Assembly (NCBI RefSeq): GCF_964355755.1
Contig: NC_092674.1
Location: 14,384,001-14,448,000, forward strand
Direction: 5' to 3'
Length of the DNA: 64,000 nt
Source of the DNA: Antedon mediterranea
Lineage: Eukaryota; Animalia; Echinodermata
Below, in pieces: positions 51,691-64,000 of this stretch. The notes under the pieces are model-generated. The model made no database searches. It was not told the DNA's origin and saw only the letters and a list, made by a program, of their open reading frames with translations. The position numbers and the translations under genes are program-made. Numbering within the stretch: position 1 is the stretch's first letter; every line of letters begins with the position of its first letter.

Positions 51691-52855
51691 TTAAGGCAGT
51701 TTGCCTATTTACCAAATGCCTCACAGTCGTTATTTTAACTTAAAAGTTTGGTGGAATCATTCATGATTTATCTAACATATTTTCCTAGAAAACACGAGTC
51801 AAGCCACATCACGCTAATATTGGATGTGATTGACTGATTGGAGGCATCGGTATGGCCAGTATAAATCTTATCTTATTTTGGTGATAAATGGGGTGAAAGG
51901 ACCATTCTTTTTTAGGTTTTCAGAAGCCTGTTGATCGTCACACACACTAGAAAGCAGCTGATTCTGATTAAAAATTATTTTAAAACATGTGGTTTTATAA
52001 TGCAAATTGTTATACCAAGTACAAATTCTAATCATAATAATATAATCATAATATTGATGCTTATACATATCATTGGCACAATTTAATGTGTCAAGAAATC
52101 AAATAAACAATGCAAATAACTTAGGATAATTCAGTCCCTCTAATTGAATTCAACAACAAATAATTTCATGAGATCTGCATAAATATAACACATTTGTTTT
52201 ATAACAATTTGATTGGACGATTGTGGGTCATATGACATTCACTAAATGTACTATAGTATGGCACTGAAATTCAGTTTTATGAATTTATTTTTGTTAGAGA
52301 GAGATTGAGCAACCACACGCTTGAGAAGAGGCCAATGTGTTGATTGATGTAGTGGCCTGTTGTCTATTTGTTCAACTCCATGTCCAAAATTGGAATACTG
52401 CCTTTTTGAATGACATCATTATATGTGTCAGGTACGTGACCTGTCATATGTCAGGTACGTGACCTATGTTAAAGTATTTGTATTACTTTATTCTATTAAA
52501 ACATAGTTTTATCTTGCACTTTTAAAAACATAATTTCAATAGGTTTTCTTTATTGTCCTTTATTAAATATGTCTATATATATAATATATATATATAAATC
52601 CAAAGGCAAATTACTGAAAAAAATGACAATGCTGTGGGTATCAGTGACTGGATCTCAATGGAGATACAAAAAAAAAGCGAAAAGCTAAATCAAAACGATA
52701 AAGTAAACATCCAGAAAAGTTAGCAGAGCTTTCGGGCAACACTAGCCATTCATCAGTGCAATATTTATATTGTTCATACAAATTGTTTATTTGTTGAACT
52801 AAGTTACCATATAACTGCAGTTCATATGGTCTACTGTAGGTTTTCAATAGACACT

Positions 52856-53118
52856 TTAGACTGTTTCTAGTAATTCAACAATATCCTTTTTCTCAACTGC
52901 AATCAAGGCTTGTATTACTTCCTCTCGTTGGTTCACATCTCTTCCTTGCTTACATCGCCATTGTACCAGTGATTCCATCGTTGCTTCTACAGTCAGTGCT
53001 GAAAACCTTCTCTCATTTTGTGATAGCTCAACATCAGTAATACCAAGATGCCTACAGAAATTCTTCCAATCGGTCATCTTCTCAGAAATTATCAGGAAGT
53101 CCAAGTCTGTTAAGCATT
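52856..53118 (-). CDS. Terminal exon encoding a death domain
   Basis: ttttacag acceptor (phase 1); CLTDLDFLIISEKMTDWKNFCRHLGITDVELSQNERRF...MESLVQWRCKQG...VIQALIAVEKKDIVELL, then TAA. Confidence 0.88.
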
Positions 53119-53215
53119 CTGTAAAAACACATTTAATTGACTTAATAAAAAAAAACACATTTTGGTTGCTTTTCTTCAAACATTGAGGTGCTGAAATTAA
53201 GCAGCATTTTATTTA

Positions 53216-53835
53216 CTAGATGGTACGCTCGCTTCGCTCGCGTACCATCTAGGTCGTACCCACAGATGGTTCTCGAATACATAATAATTTCAGCGTTAAA
53301 AAACTGACGATTTCAAATGTACGTACAATAATACATGTCGTTTACACAGGAACGAATACATAGACACTGATTTATGTACTCAACAAAAATTAGCACCCTG
53401 GGAATTACTTCCGAAAGAGAAACTTGTCAAAAAATGAGACCAATTGTTTAAGTCAAATTTAAACAAACTTAATTTGTGTTTTGAAATAATAATGTAACAT
53501 TAGGGTTGAGGGATGGGGAAGAGGATGGGTGCAAAGAGGAACAATTTTTAAATATATTCTTTATCCATTTAGTAACAAAATATTAATTGTTTTCATGTTT
53601 TAAAAATAATATACCACTAAACACAGTAAAACATTGCGATGTAATACTTTGTTGAAACTATCAGTATCACTGTCCTAGTAGATTGAAATAGCAGTACATG
53701 TAACGATACATCACTACGACGTGTATGTTTATATAATGTAAAACAATTTGTGAAAACCACCTCTATTCGGGGAAAATCATAAAGTCGATTTAATCGTCAA
53801 TAAATATTAAATTATCTAACTCAACTGAATTAGTA
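53216..53835 (-). mobile_element. Helitron fragment (same family as 35135-36402)
   Basis: Intact 3' hairpin ctagatggtacgc...gcgtaccatCTAG|T; collinear homology with the 35135 copy. Confidence 0.8.
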
Positions 53836-54029
53836 GGCCTAATGGTTTTCAATTGTTTCTTAGAGCCAAGTCATACTTAAGTTGGTTCCTACCCTACCCA
53901 CCAAAGTTGTTGTGCGTTTATGATGCACCGTAGGCATATCAAGCTCTACAATACGGGGCGCCGTTTGGGACATTGCTAATTTTGTCGAAATATTACAATT
54001 TTGTCTACACATAATTAATTTTGTCAATA

Positions 54030-54440
54030 CAAAATTCATTTTGTCAACACAAAATTCAACAAAAAAAAATTCAAAATTCATTTTGTGTTGACAAAATGTA
54101 TTCTGTGTGGACGAAATTCATTTTGTCTCGACAAAATTAATACTGTGTAAACAAAATTAATTCTGTGTAAACAAAAGTCATTCTGTGTAGACAAAATTAA
54201 TTCTGTGTTGACAAAATTAATTTTGTGTAGACAAAATTCATTCTGTAACGACAAAAATCATTTTGTGGCGACAAAATTCATTCTGTAACGAAAATTCTGT
54301 GTAGACAAAATTCATTTTGTGGCGACAAAATGTATTCTGTGTAGACAAAATTTATTCTGTGTAGACAAAACTTATTCTGTGTAGACAAAATTCATTCTGT
54401 GTAGAAAAAATTCATTTTGTCGCGACAAAATGAATTTTGT
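54030..54440. repeat. 20-bp minisatellite in the left arm (inverted partner 63405-63700)
   Basis: acaaaattcattctgtgtag units. Confidence 0.95.
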
Positions 54441-54920
54441 TAGCCTAGCCTACTCAAGCGTGGGACAAAACGTTTTTTAAAACATTTTGTCCCACGCTTG
54501 AGTAGGCTCGGTTTTAACATTTAAATTAGAAGGCGGAGTTTAAACGTGAAAAGGGCAAGACAGGGTGAAGCTATAAATGATGACAGCGCGCGAATCTTTG
54601 ACATTTGTTATTGGTTCAGTTATTATGGCTGAGCATGCCTCCGTCTCTATTGCTATCATATTAACCTATTTTATAATATCAGGGACCCCTGAAAATATCA
54701 GATATGATCAGTATTCATACTTTGACAATTTAATATCTACGTCGTCAGTAATAATTATTATTATAATGTATTCTATATTAAAAAAATCGGAAAATGGTTT
54801 TTATAGAGCCCTGCTTATTATACTTAAGTAAAATTGTAGTAATGGGGCTATTCAAAATTTTGTCGTTTAAAATATTATTTATTATTCTTATAAAATGTAT
54901 ATACTTTATTTTAAAATTAA

Positions 54921-55156
54921 AGATGTATTGTCTCCCAAAATCATGAAAAATAAAGATTTTTAAAATCGGACTTTGAATAGGCCATTATGCAGTTTTAATG
55001 AAGTTGTTCACTTCCATAAGAAAAAAGAACGGGGAAAAATTATTTCACCTATAAAAAGACAAAATAAACAGTTAAATTACCCAAAAACTCATTGGCTTCC
55101 AGACAATTTGACCATTTTTTGCTTTAAATTACATTTTTTCAGGGGACAATATATCT
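54921..55156. mobile_element. Kolobok-like MITE (236 bp), related to 5498-8322
   Basis: ttaa|agatgtattgtctccc...ggggacaatatatct|ttaa. Confidence 0.85.
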
Positions 55157-55339
55157 TTAAGATAATAATAGTCATTGCAGAAATAATGATGCTGAAAGCT
55201 GTCCGTTATTTGAAAAAAAAACATTTAAAGAACTGACTACAAAAGATTGCTCACGTTAGTTTTATATAACAGTCATCCACCCTACGAAACCTAATAACCT
55301 TTAACCTACAGTACACAGCAAAATTTGAAATTCTAAGCA

Positions 55340-56865
55340 AGAAAAAAAAATCTTGTTTTAAGAAAAAATTCTTAAAATAAGTATTTTTTTTCTTGTCAAG
55401 ATTTAAAATTACTTAAAACAAGAAATAATTTTCTAGAAAAGACACATTTTCTTAAATTAAGTTTTGCAATATTCTTGAAAATGCTTATTACAAGAAATAT
55501 TTTACTTAAAATAAGAAGTCAATATCATTCTCTTCTTATTAAGAATAGTTTTGCTTAAAACAAGATTTGAAAATACTTAATTTGAAAAGTATTTTACTTA
55601 AAATAAGAAATCTATATTATATTTATCCCTATCAAGAATAATTTTTCTTAAATCAAGATTGATGAATTATAAAAATTACTTAAAACAATCAATATTTTTC
55701 TAGGTAAGACAAAGTTTCTTAAATTAGGTTTCGCAATAGTCTTGAAAATACTTGTTTTGAGAAATATTTTACTTAAAATAAGAAGTCAATTTCACACTAC
55801 CCTTATCAAGATTATTTTTACTTGAATCAAGATTCGCAATATTCTTGAAAATGCTTATTACAAGAAATATTTTACTTAAAATAAGAAGTCAATATCATTC
55901 TCTTCTTATTAAGAATAGTTTTGCTTAAAACAAGATTTGAAAATACTTAATTTGAAAAGTATTTTACTTAAAATAAGAAATCAATATTATATTTATCCCT
56001 ATCAAGAATAATTTTTCTTAAATCAAGATTGATGAATTCTAAAAATTACTTAAAACAATAAATATTTTTCTAGGTAAGACAAAGTTTCTTAAATTAGGTT
56101 TCGCAATATTCTTAAAAATACTTATTTTGAGAAATGTTTTACTTAAAATAAGAAGTCAATATCATACTATCTTATCAAGACTATTTTTGCTTAAATTGAG
56201 ATTCGCAATATTTTAAAAAATACTTATTTTGAGAAATGTTTTACTTAAAATAAGAAGTCAATATCATACTATCTTATCAAGACTATTTTTACTTGAATCA
56301 AGATTTGCAATATTCTTAAAAATACTTATTTCGAGAAATGTTTTACTTAAAATAAGAAGTCAATATCATACTATCTTATCAAGACTATTTTTGCTTAAAT
56401 TGAGATTCGCAATATTTTAAAAAATACTTATTTTGAAAAATGTTTTACTTAAAATAAGAAGTCAATATCATACTATCCTATCAAGACTATTTTTGCTTGA
56501 ATTCAGATTCGCAATATTCTGATTTTGAGAAATGTTTTACTTAAAATAAGAAGTCAATATCATACTATCTTATCAAGACTATTTTTACTTGAATCAAGAT
56601 TCGCAATATTCTTTAAAATACTTATTTTGAGAAATGTTTTACTTAAAATAAGAAGTCAATATCATACTATCTTATCAAGACTATTTTTGCTTAAATTGAG
56701 ATTCGCAATATTTTAAAAAATACTTATTTTGAGAAATGTTTTACTTAAGATAAGAAGTCAATATCATACTATATCCTATCAAGACTATTTTTGCTTGAAT
56801 TGAAGTCAATTCTATTTTAATATTCTGAAAAATACTTATTTTGAGAAATGTTTTACTTAAAATAG
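55340..56865. repeat. Left subterminal array: 102-bp units plus a 370-bp higher-order duplication
   Basis: Unit starts at 56119, 56221 and 56323; 370-bp offset between 55491 and 55861. Confidence 0.9.
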
Positions 56866-59800
56866 ATTGTCATCCTTATATTCACACAACGGTAGAGCAG
56901 TTAGCACTTCAGTTTCAACTGATGAAAGAATCTGGGTAATCAAACTGTTTGTGCTTTGAATAATCGATTGCACTGCAACCTAAAGAAAATAATATTGATT
57001 TAATATTTTTTATATTCAAGTTTTAATATGTTTAAAAACTAAGTTGTGCTTTAGTTGGGGAGCTATGCAGCCTAACAAAAAAAATGTTATTTGTAACAAT
57101 GAAATTGGTCACAAAAAAATGCAACATAAACTTAGAGTGTATAATGCCTAGGCCTAGGCCTAGTACCCAAGTCCTATAGTTACTATAGTTAATAGTCCTG
57201 TATAATAACAGTACCAGCAAGGCCTAGGAAATAGACGTATTTCTCTAATAAAAAATAGTTTAAAATGCATAATTGTTGTAATTTTAAAGCAAAATGGCTT
57301 ACCTGTGGAATCTTGTTTCTCTCCTTTAATTTTAGTAGAAAGAAATCAGCATTTTTTATACTATTATCTGCTTGTTCATCCTCTAGTTAGTAGGCCTTCT
57401 TGCTGAGCATCAACAAGATAATTAATATTAAACAATCATTAACAGTATAACAATACTAGAATTATCACTACTACTATCGTCAGTTGATAAATCATCCCCG
57501 TTATAATAGTTTTTTTCTTCATTAACTTCGTCAGTCTCCTAGTCTAGGCCTAGTTCTACTTCATCCTCAATTGGCATCCTCGTTTTCTCCAGGCATACTT
57601 ATATACTGATGTTTCCATCGTCAACTGCAGGAGGTTGCCGATTGTTATACTCGTCCTTAAAATGGCGTCTTATGACATGCTTGTAAAACGAATTGTAAAT
57701 TCCAAAGCTTGCCGGGCAGCGAACCACCAATTCCACATGTTACTCGAAAATTCGGAGTATTTCCATGAATTGAATTATAATGCCTTAGCAAATAGGGTAG
57801 CAAATACTGTACCTACTTCAGTTTACTGGCACCAACTTATCGCTTTTTTTCGGACTGCAACAAACATGTGTCATTATTATTGTCTGTCGTATTACTGTTG
57901 GTCCAGACGTTTTATAGATTTGCTTTAACCACCATGGAGGTTTATACCTCCATGCTTTAACGTTAAGCAGTATAATGACCTTATACATTCTGGGTAAAAG
58001 GCCAGCGATAATAGTTGAAAAACAACACTGTGTGTGGTCGATGACCTAGCTCCCGGCGGGATCATGGCCAACGGTTTTTTAAAGTAATCATTCAAAATCT
58101 AGAGTTTGTAAGTACTGTAAAAGACACCTTTCATCGCAATTTATATATTAAATGCTTCAATAGGCCTAGTAAGATTAGTCTAATATAATGTCGAAGGAAG
58201 ACGCTTTGTTGAAGATCCGAGAAATAGATGAAGAAGTGGCCAACATTTTAACAGGTTCGTAGGCCTAATAATTATATTTTAATCTACCAGCAGTCTAGGC
58301 CTAGCCTAGGCTCCTTCCTATTTAGTAATACTGTAGGCCTGGAACTAGTAGGTCTAGGCTAGCCTACTATGCCTGTACTGACGGACAGGTGTATAGGTTT
58401 AGCTTAGCATTTTAGTTCAGACATTGACAGAGGGGACAAATATTGTCGGACCTATTTCAGCTAGGTATAAGGAAGGCATAATAGATAATACAATTATAAT
58501 GTAACAGTAATATTTTGCAATGTAGCCATGAAATATCTACGAAGGATTATATTATATACACATATTCCAATGAGAAATATAATGACATTTAAAAACACTT
58601 CTTTATATTTAATTAATTGTACACACTAAGTAATCCCCGAAGTGATCACATCGATATTGAAACTTAATGTTTTTAACTCTAAATTTTTAAAAAAACATAC
58701 TAAAAAAACAAACAAAAAACATACGTACTGCATAACTAAAATTGTTATATTAAATTTCTTTTTTTATCTTAAATTATTTGTTAGGTAATTGAAGAAGTTC
58801 GAAGGATACTAATTATTACTAGGCAAAGAGGAATGAAATACAAAAGAAAGCTTTTTAAAAAAGTGCTTAGCAAATTTTTCCAAAGAAGAGAATAATATAG
58901 TTTATTTTGGTATTTTAAAGAGAAACACCAGTCCTCCATCTGGTAAGTACAGTGTATGTTTTTGTACTTTTATCTATTCATAAATATTTTTATAATGGAC
59001 CAATGGTAGTGAGGAAAATACGTGTACATATTGTGTACGTATTTTTAACAGCTTGGTTCGACTCAAGCTAGTGTCATTTGACAACTAAAATTAAATAAAT
59101 GACTTATGAATATTAATTTTTGACATATTAATGCTCTCCTGGCCAGCCCACCCTTTCCCCTTCCTTTTACATTGACCACCTACAAAACTGTAGGCTACAT
59201 TATTAAAAATTTGAGCTACAGTATATCAAGTTTATGTCCATACATTATTCCACTCATTTAAATAAATTTATATAATATAATGTTTTCAATTTGTTATTTT
59301 TGGTTAGGTTCAAAGATAACCCATATGTTGTCAAATCTGTCAAACATATTTGTTGGGAAAAACTCATCAAAAAAAGTCTGCCGACCTTGAAGGTATTTAG
59401 TGTTTAAAAAAATTTAAAATACAAGTAACATTATGTACATTAAAAAAAAATATCTTAAAGTGTTTTTTTAAAATCAAATTTATCTTAGCTTAAAATTCGA
59501 GGTATATACTATGTTTACAATAATTTATTAAAATCAAACAATTAAACAAAATTTACAATTAATTGTATGATTGTTATTATAAACATTGATACAGAATAAA
59601 AACATCAATCAGGATTGAGCACCGTTTTGCCTAAATAGTAATATTAAAAATAAATTTAGACCTTAATAATTTAACTAAAAATAATAGATACAGCCAGGCC
59701 TGTCTTTGGGATCGGTATAAACAGGGCAAAGTTTGTGATTAAAAAGTTCAAATGCATATTCCACCCACCCTTATGTCTTATAATGTAAAATTATTCTTAC

Positions 59801-59947
59801 CACCGTTCTAATATTGCGTCATGTTTTTGTGTTTACCGCCCCAGATATAGGACTCTAAAACCACACCGTACCCAATTAGTTGATGATGTTACACATATTT
59901 TAAATACAGTAATAACTAAAACTATATTAATCTCTTTTCATTTTTAG

Positions 59948-60260
59948 GAACATGAATAAAGATCCAGAATCCTGGTCTTCACGCCGATCAGGTAATATGC
60001 CGGTATTGCTTTTGGACACAGAAATGGCCTACATTAAAGTTTAGCAAACAATTCTAACTACAAAGAAAGCAAAATTAGATGAGGCTCTAGTTACTCTCCT
60101 CTCCACTTTTTACCTTCTGGATTTCGATTATCCAAAATGAAAAGAAGTAGGCCTCACTATCCTTTAACAGTTAGTGATTTGTGATGAAAACACACCTGTA
60201 CACTTGACAAAGGCTGTTGAATCATCATTAGTATACATTAATAAATTTAAAGACACCTAA
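59948..60260 (+). pseudogene. Last exon of the EnSpm accessory (SAMD3-like) gene, 3 internal stops
   Basis: ttttag acceptor; ...KLDEALVTLLSTFYLLDFDYPK*KEVGLTIL*QLV...; candidate upstream exons near 58188, 58785 and 59308. Confidence 0.65.
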
Positions 60261-60719
60261 TAGTTTAAAGCCCAGGTGCGGGAGAAGAATTTTACGAAAT
60301 TTGTATTTTACCATTTTAATGTTTTTAAGTTTTCTTTTGATGGCATTTTATTATTAATAAAAACAAGTTTGTTTTAAAGAAGTTGTATATATTATTGTAC
60401 CTAATGTCATGTAAATTGTAGTTCTTAATGAAAATAACAGTATTGTTAATATTATGTTTTATAACATTCTTGAATTTATTTGTTTAAGTAAAATATTACT
60501 TAAAATGAGTATTCATTTATCGTTCTTAAAATAAATTTTTAGTGATTTATATTTTATAGAATTCTTGTTTCAAGCAATTTTTTTCCCAATATAAGTAAGA
60601 ATTTACGAATTTTAATTTGATAGAATTCTTGTTTCAAGCAATACTTTTCTTAAAATAAGTAAACATTTACTGGTTTTTATTTGATAGACTTCTTGTTTAC
60701 TTATTTAAAAAAAAAGTTT

Positions 60720-62110
60720 TGCTTGAAACAAGAATTCTACAAATAAAAATCGGAATATTCTTACTTATTTTAAGAAATATATTGCTTGAAACAAGAAAAC
60801 TAAAAATATAAATCGGAATATTCTTACTTATTTTAAGAAAAATATTGCTTAAAACAAGAATTCTAAAAAATACAAACCGGAATATTCTTACTTATTTTAA
60901 GAAAAATATTGCTTGAAACAAGAATTCTACAAATAAAAATCGGAATATTCTTACTTATTTTAAGAAATATATTGCTTGAAACAAGAATTCAAAAAATACA
61001 AATCGGAATATTCTTACTTATTTTAAGAAAAATATTGCTTGAAACAAGAATTCAAAAAATACAAATCGGAATATTCTTACTTATTTTAAGAAAAATATTG
61101 CTTGAAACAAGAATTCAAAAAATACAAATCGGAATGTTCTTACTTATTTTAAGAAATATATTGCTTGAAACAAGAATATTAAAATTAAAAATCGGAATAT
61201 TCTTACTTATTTTAAGAAAAATATTGCTTAAAACAAGAATTCTAAAAAATACAAATCGGAATATTCTTACTTATTTTAAGAAATATATTGCTTGAAACAA
61301 GAATATTAAAATTAAAAATCGGAATATTCTTACTTATTTTAAGAAAAATATTGCTTAAAACAAGAATTCTAAAAAATACAAATCGGAATATTCTTACTTA
61401 TTTTAAGAAAAATATTGCTTGAAACAAGAATTCTACAAATAAAAATCGGAATATTCTTACTTATTTTAAGAAATATTTTGCTTGAAACAAGAATTCAAAA
61501 AATACAAATCGGAATATTCTTACTTATTTTAAGAAAAAAATTGCTTGAAACAAGAATTCAAAAAATACAAATCGGAATATTCTTACTTATTTTAAGAAAA
61601 ATATTGCTTGAAACAAGAATTCAAAAAATACAAATCGGAATATTCTTACTTATTTTAAGAAAAATATTGCTTGAAACAAGAATTCAAAAAATAAAAATCG
61701 GAATATTCTTACTTATTTTAAGAAATATCTTGCTTGAAACAAGAATTAAAAAAAATACAAATCGGAATATTCTTACTTATTTTAAGAAATATATTGCTTG
61801 AAACAAGAATTCTATAAAATACAAATCGGAATATTCTTACTTATTTTAAGAAATATCTTGCTTGAAACAAGAATTCAAAAAAATACAAATCGGAATATTC
61901 TTACTTATTTTAAGAAATATATTGCTTGAAACAAGAATTCTATAAAATACAAATCGGAATATTCTTACTTATTTTAAGAAATATATTGCTTGAAACAAGA
62001 AAACTAAAAATATAAATCGGAATATTCTTACTTATTTTAAGAAAAATATTGCTTGAAACAAGAATTCTATTTTAAAAAATCGATAAATTGTTACTTATTT
62101 TAAGGCAGAT
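60720..62110. repeat. Right subterminal array of ~63-bp units
   Basis: gcttgaaacaagaattcaaaaaatacaaatcggaatattcttacttattttaagaaaaatatt repeated about 20 times. Confidence 0.95.
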
Positions 62111-63404
62111 ACTGCTTAAAACAAGAATGAAAAAAGCAATTAAATTCTTGGTAAGAATATTGTTCTTAAAGTATTATTTCTTGGTAAGAATAATTTTCTT
62201 GATAAGAATTTGTGTGATTCTTGTTAAGAATTTTACGATTCTTGGTAAGCCAAAAAGTATTGAAATACGGACAAGTCAAAATTTACTTGTTTCAAGAAAT
62301 ATTTTGCTTGAAACAAGTTTTTTTTTTCTTAAAACAAGAATCAGAATTTTGCTGTGTAGTAAGTAGGCCAGGTAGCCTACGTTGGCTAGGTTACAGGACT
62401 GATTGCCCATAAAACATTCGATGTATAAATATCAACACCCCAGACAGTGTAATAATGACCTTTCCAGACCGAAAACCATTCTGCCCGAAATTACGATACT
62501 CTCTCGATACAACTCCATATTTTATTAGTGGAAATGCATTTTTATTTAACATCAATCTTATCAAGCCAGCCAAAGACTGAATACGTAGGCCTACATTAAA
62601 AGTACAAAGAACAATGTAAACCTATAAACAATTATTTGCAATTAGCAATGTATAATAAATAAAATCAACCATGGAGAAGGTGGAAAGATTATATACACTG
62701 CCATGGGAATGGATAATTGAGAGGCGCCATATGTCAGTTGTGTGAACACCCATATAACTATTTGGTCAAAGTTGAATTATATCTTTCGAGGGTGTAAATA
62801 TATAATAATATGCAACCGAGAGTAAAATTAAATTTAACTTTTTAACGACAATTTGCAATATCATAATCTATGGCGTACCAAACTGTCATTTATTTAGGCA
62901 ACTAAAATATCTTAGTTTTTAATAGATGTAGTTAGTTTACATAGATCTTAGGTTCCAATAGAGATATATCCCTGTTTATAACCAAGATATCTTTTCAATA
63001 AAGATATCTCTATTATTCCAATTAGAGACAATTAATATATGTCTTAAGAGATATTTCATAGTTTTGTTCCCTTGAGTTAGGCTTATTAGCAATTTAGTAT
63101 TCCTATCAAATAAACTTGGTAGGCCTATAGACGACGCAATTCCCATGAGAATAAATAGGCCTATACTAACTATTATATTAAAATAAATGTATTAACTAAA
63201 ATCATTTCATTACTACTCAACTTATCAGATGTTATCGTAAATAGTGTTGTCATTTTCTTAATCAATATTATCGGTATCGATATAAATCTTCAACCCTCTT
63301 TAATATTTATTACCAAAATTGGTAGGCATATAGGGCTACGTGTTATACGTCAGTATAAACTGTACTTATACTCGACGCAAAGTATTCAAGTTCCATATTA
63401 GACT

Positions 63405-63700
63405 GAAATGAATTTTGTCTACACAGAATGAATTTTGTCTACACAGAATGAATTTTGTCTACACAGAATAATTTTTGTCTACACAGAATACATTTTGTCG
63501 CCACAAAATGAATTTTGTCCACACAGAATTAATTTTGTCTACAAAGTATTAATTTTGTCCACACAGAATTAATTTTGTCGAGACAAAATGAAGTTTGTCA
63601 AGACAAAATTAATTTTGTCCACACAGAATAAATTTTGTCAACACAAAATGAATTTTGTGTTGAACAAAATGAATTTTGTATTGACAAAATTAATTATGTG
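63405..63700. repeat. 20-bp minisatellite in the right arm
   Basis: acacagaatgaattttgtct units, the reverse complement of 54030-54440. Confidence 0.95.
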
Positions 63701-64000
63701 TAGACAAAATTGTAATATTTCGACAAAATTAGCAATTTCCCATACGGCGCCCCGTACTACTATGTCTTTACAACGCTACTCATGCCAGTGAGAGGGAAGG
63801 GTGATGATATGGGTGGTTTAACTGCAATAATAAAGATTTACATACTATACGGCGACTGAAACCATTATCCGTCTAAAAAAATTTATATCCAACCTCTGCA
63901 GCACAGATTGAAAAAAAAATGGATCGAATTTCTGTTATGAGTATAGAGTACTTTCCTTTACGACGCCTGAGGGAATAGACACTTGTGGAACGACACAGAG

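Larger units (their letters stand above)
55314..62356. mobile_element. EnSpm/CACTA-like transposon (7 kb), decayed
   Basis: CACAGCAAAATT / AATTTTGCTGTG termini; 2-bp TA flanks; long subterminal arrays; internal SAMD3-like ORF2 remnant. Confidence 0.82.
53952..63756. mobile_element. IS3EU-like composite DNA transposon (9.8 kb)
   Basis: TACGGGGCGCCG...CGGCGCCCCGTA termini; long inverted arms with 20-bp arrays; 6-bp flanks ctacaa/ctacta. Confidence 0.7.

Noticed and set aside
54030-54440. CRISPR-like arrays
   Set aside because: No unique spacers, eukaryotic context and no cas genes.
60909-61801. Repeat-protein ORFs (LLETRIQKIQIG...), also 56229-56716, 53860-54081 and 63588-63791
   Set aside because: Translations of tandem repeats in transposon arms.

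Overview
AT-rich, intron-rich animal genomic DNA. A Deu/Nin-type SINE and the TE repertoire suggest a deuterostome invertebrate such as an echinoderm (inference). Host genes are on the minus strand: a terminal death-domain exon (52856-53118), then an ankyrin-repeat gene with phase-0 exons at 38171-38221 (tentative), 34001-34081, 26550-26648 and 11933-12031 that runs off the left edge. Most of the rest is nested mobile DNA. It includes two inverted copies of a Gmr1-type Gypsy LTR retrotransposon (SCAN-like Gag, PR-IN-RT-RH order, 133-bp LTRs) bracketing one ankyrin exon, and a MULE-like insertion in copy 1. There is also a Tx1/L1 LINE interrupted by a Helitron, three Kolobok-like TTAA elements, and a 9.8-kb IS3EU-like element containing a 7-kb EnSpm element, plus HINE-like elements, a SINE, CR1 and Penelope fragments and two local duplications. 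The most novel signals are: (1) TAGGCCTA and TACAGTA micro-insertions, shown against empty sites in duplicated sequence, probably transposon excision footprints; (2) 42-bp hairpin elements with 7-bp TSDs; (3) Kolobok derivatives retaining convergent spliced, apparently non-coding exons; (4) the inverted retrotransposon pair around a symmetric exon. All alignments were done by eye; coordinates of degraded repeats are approximate.
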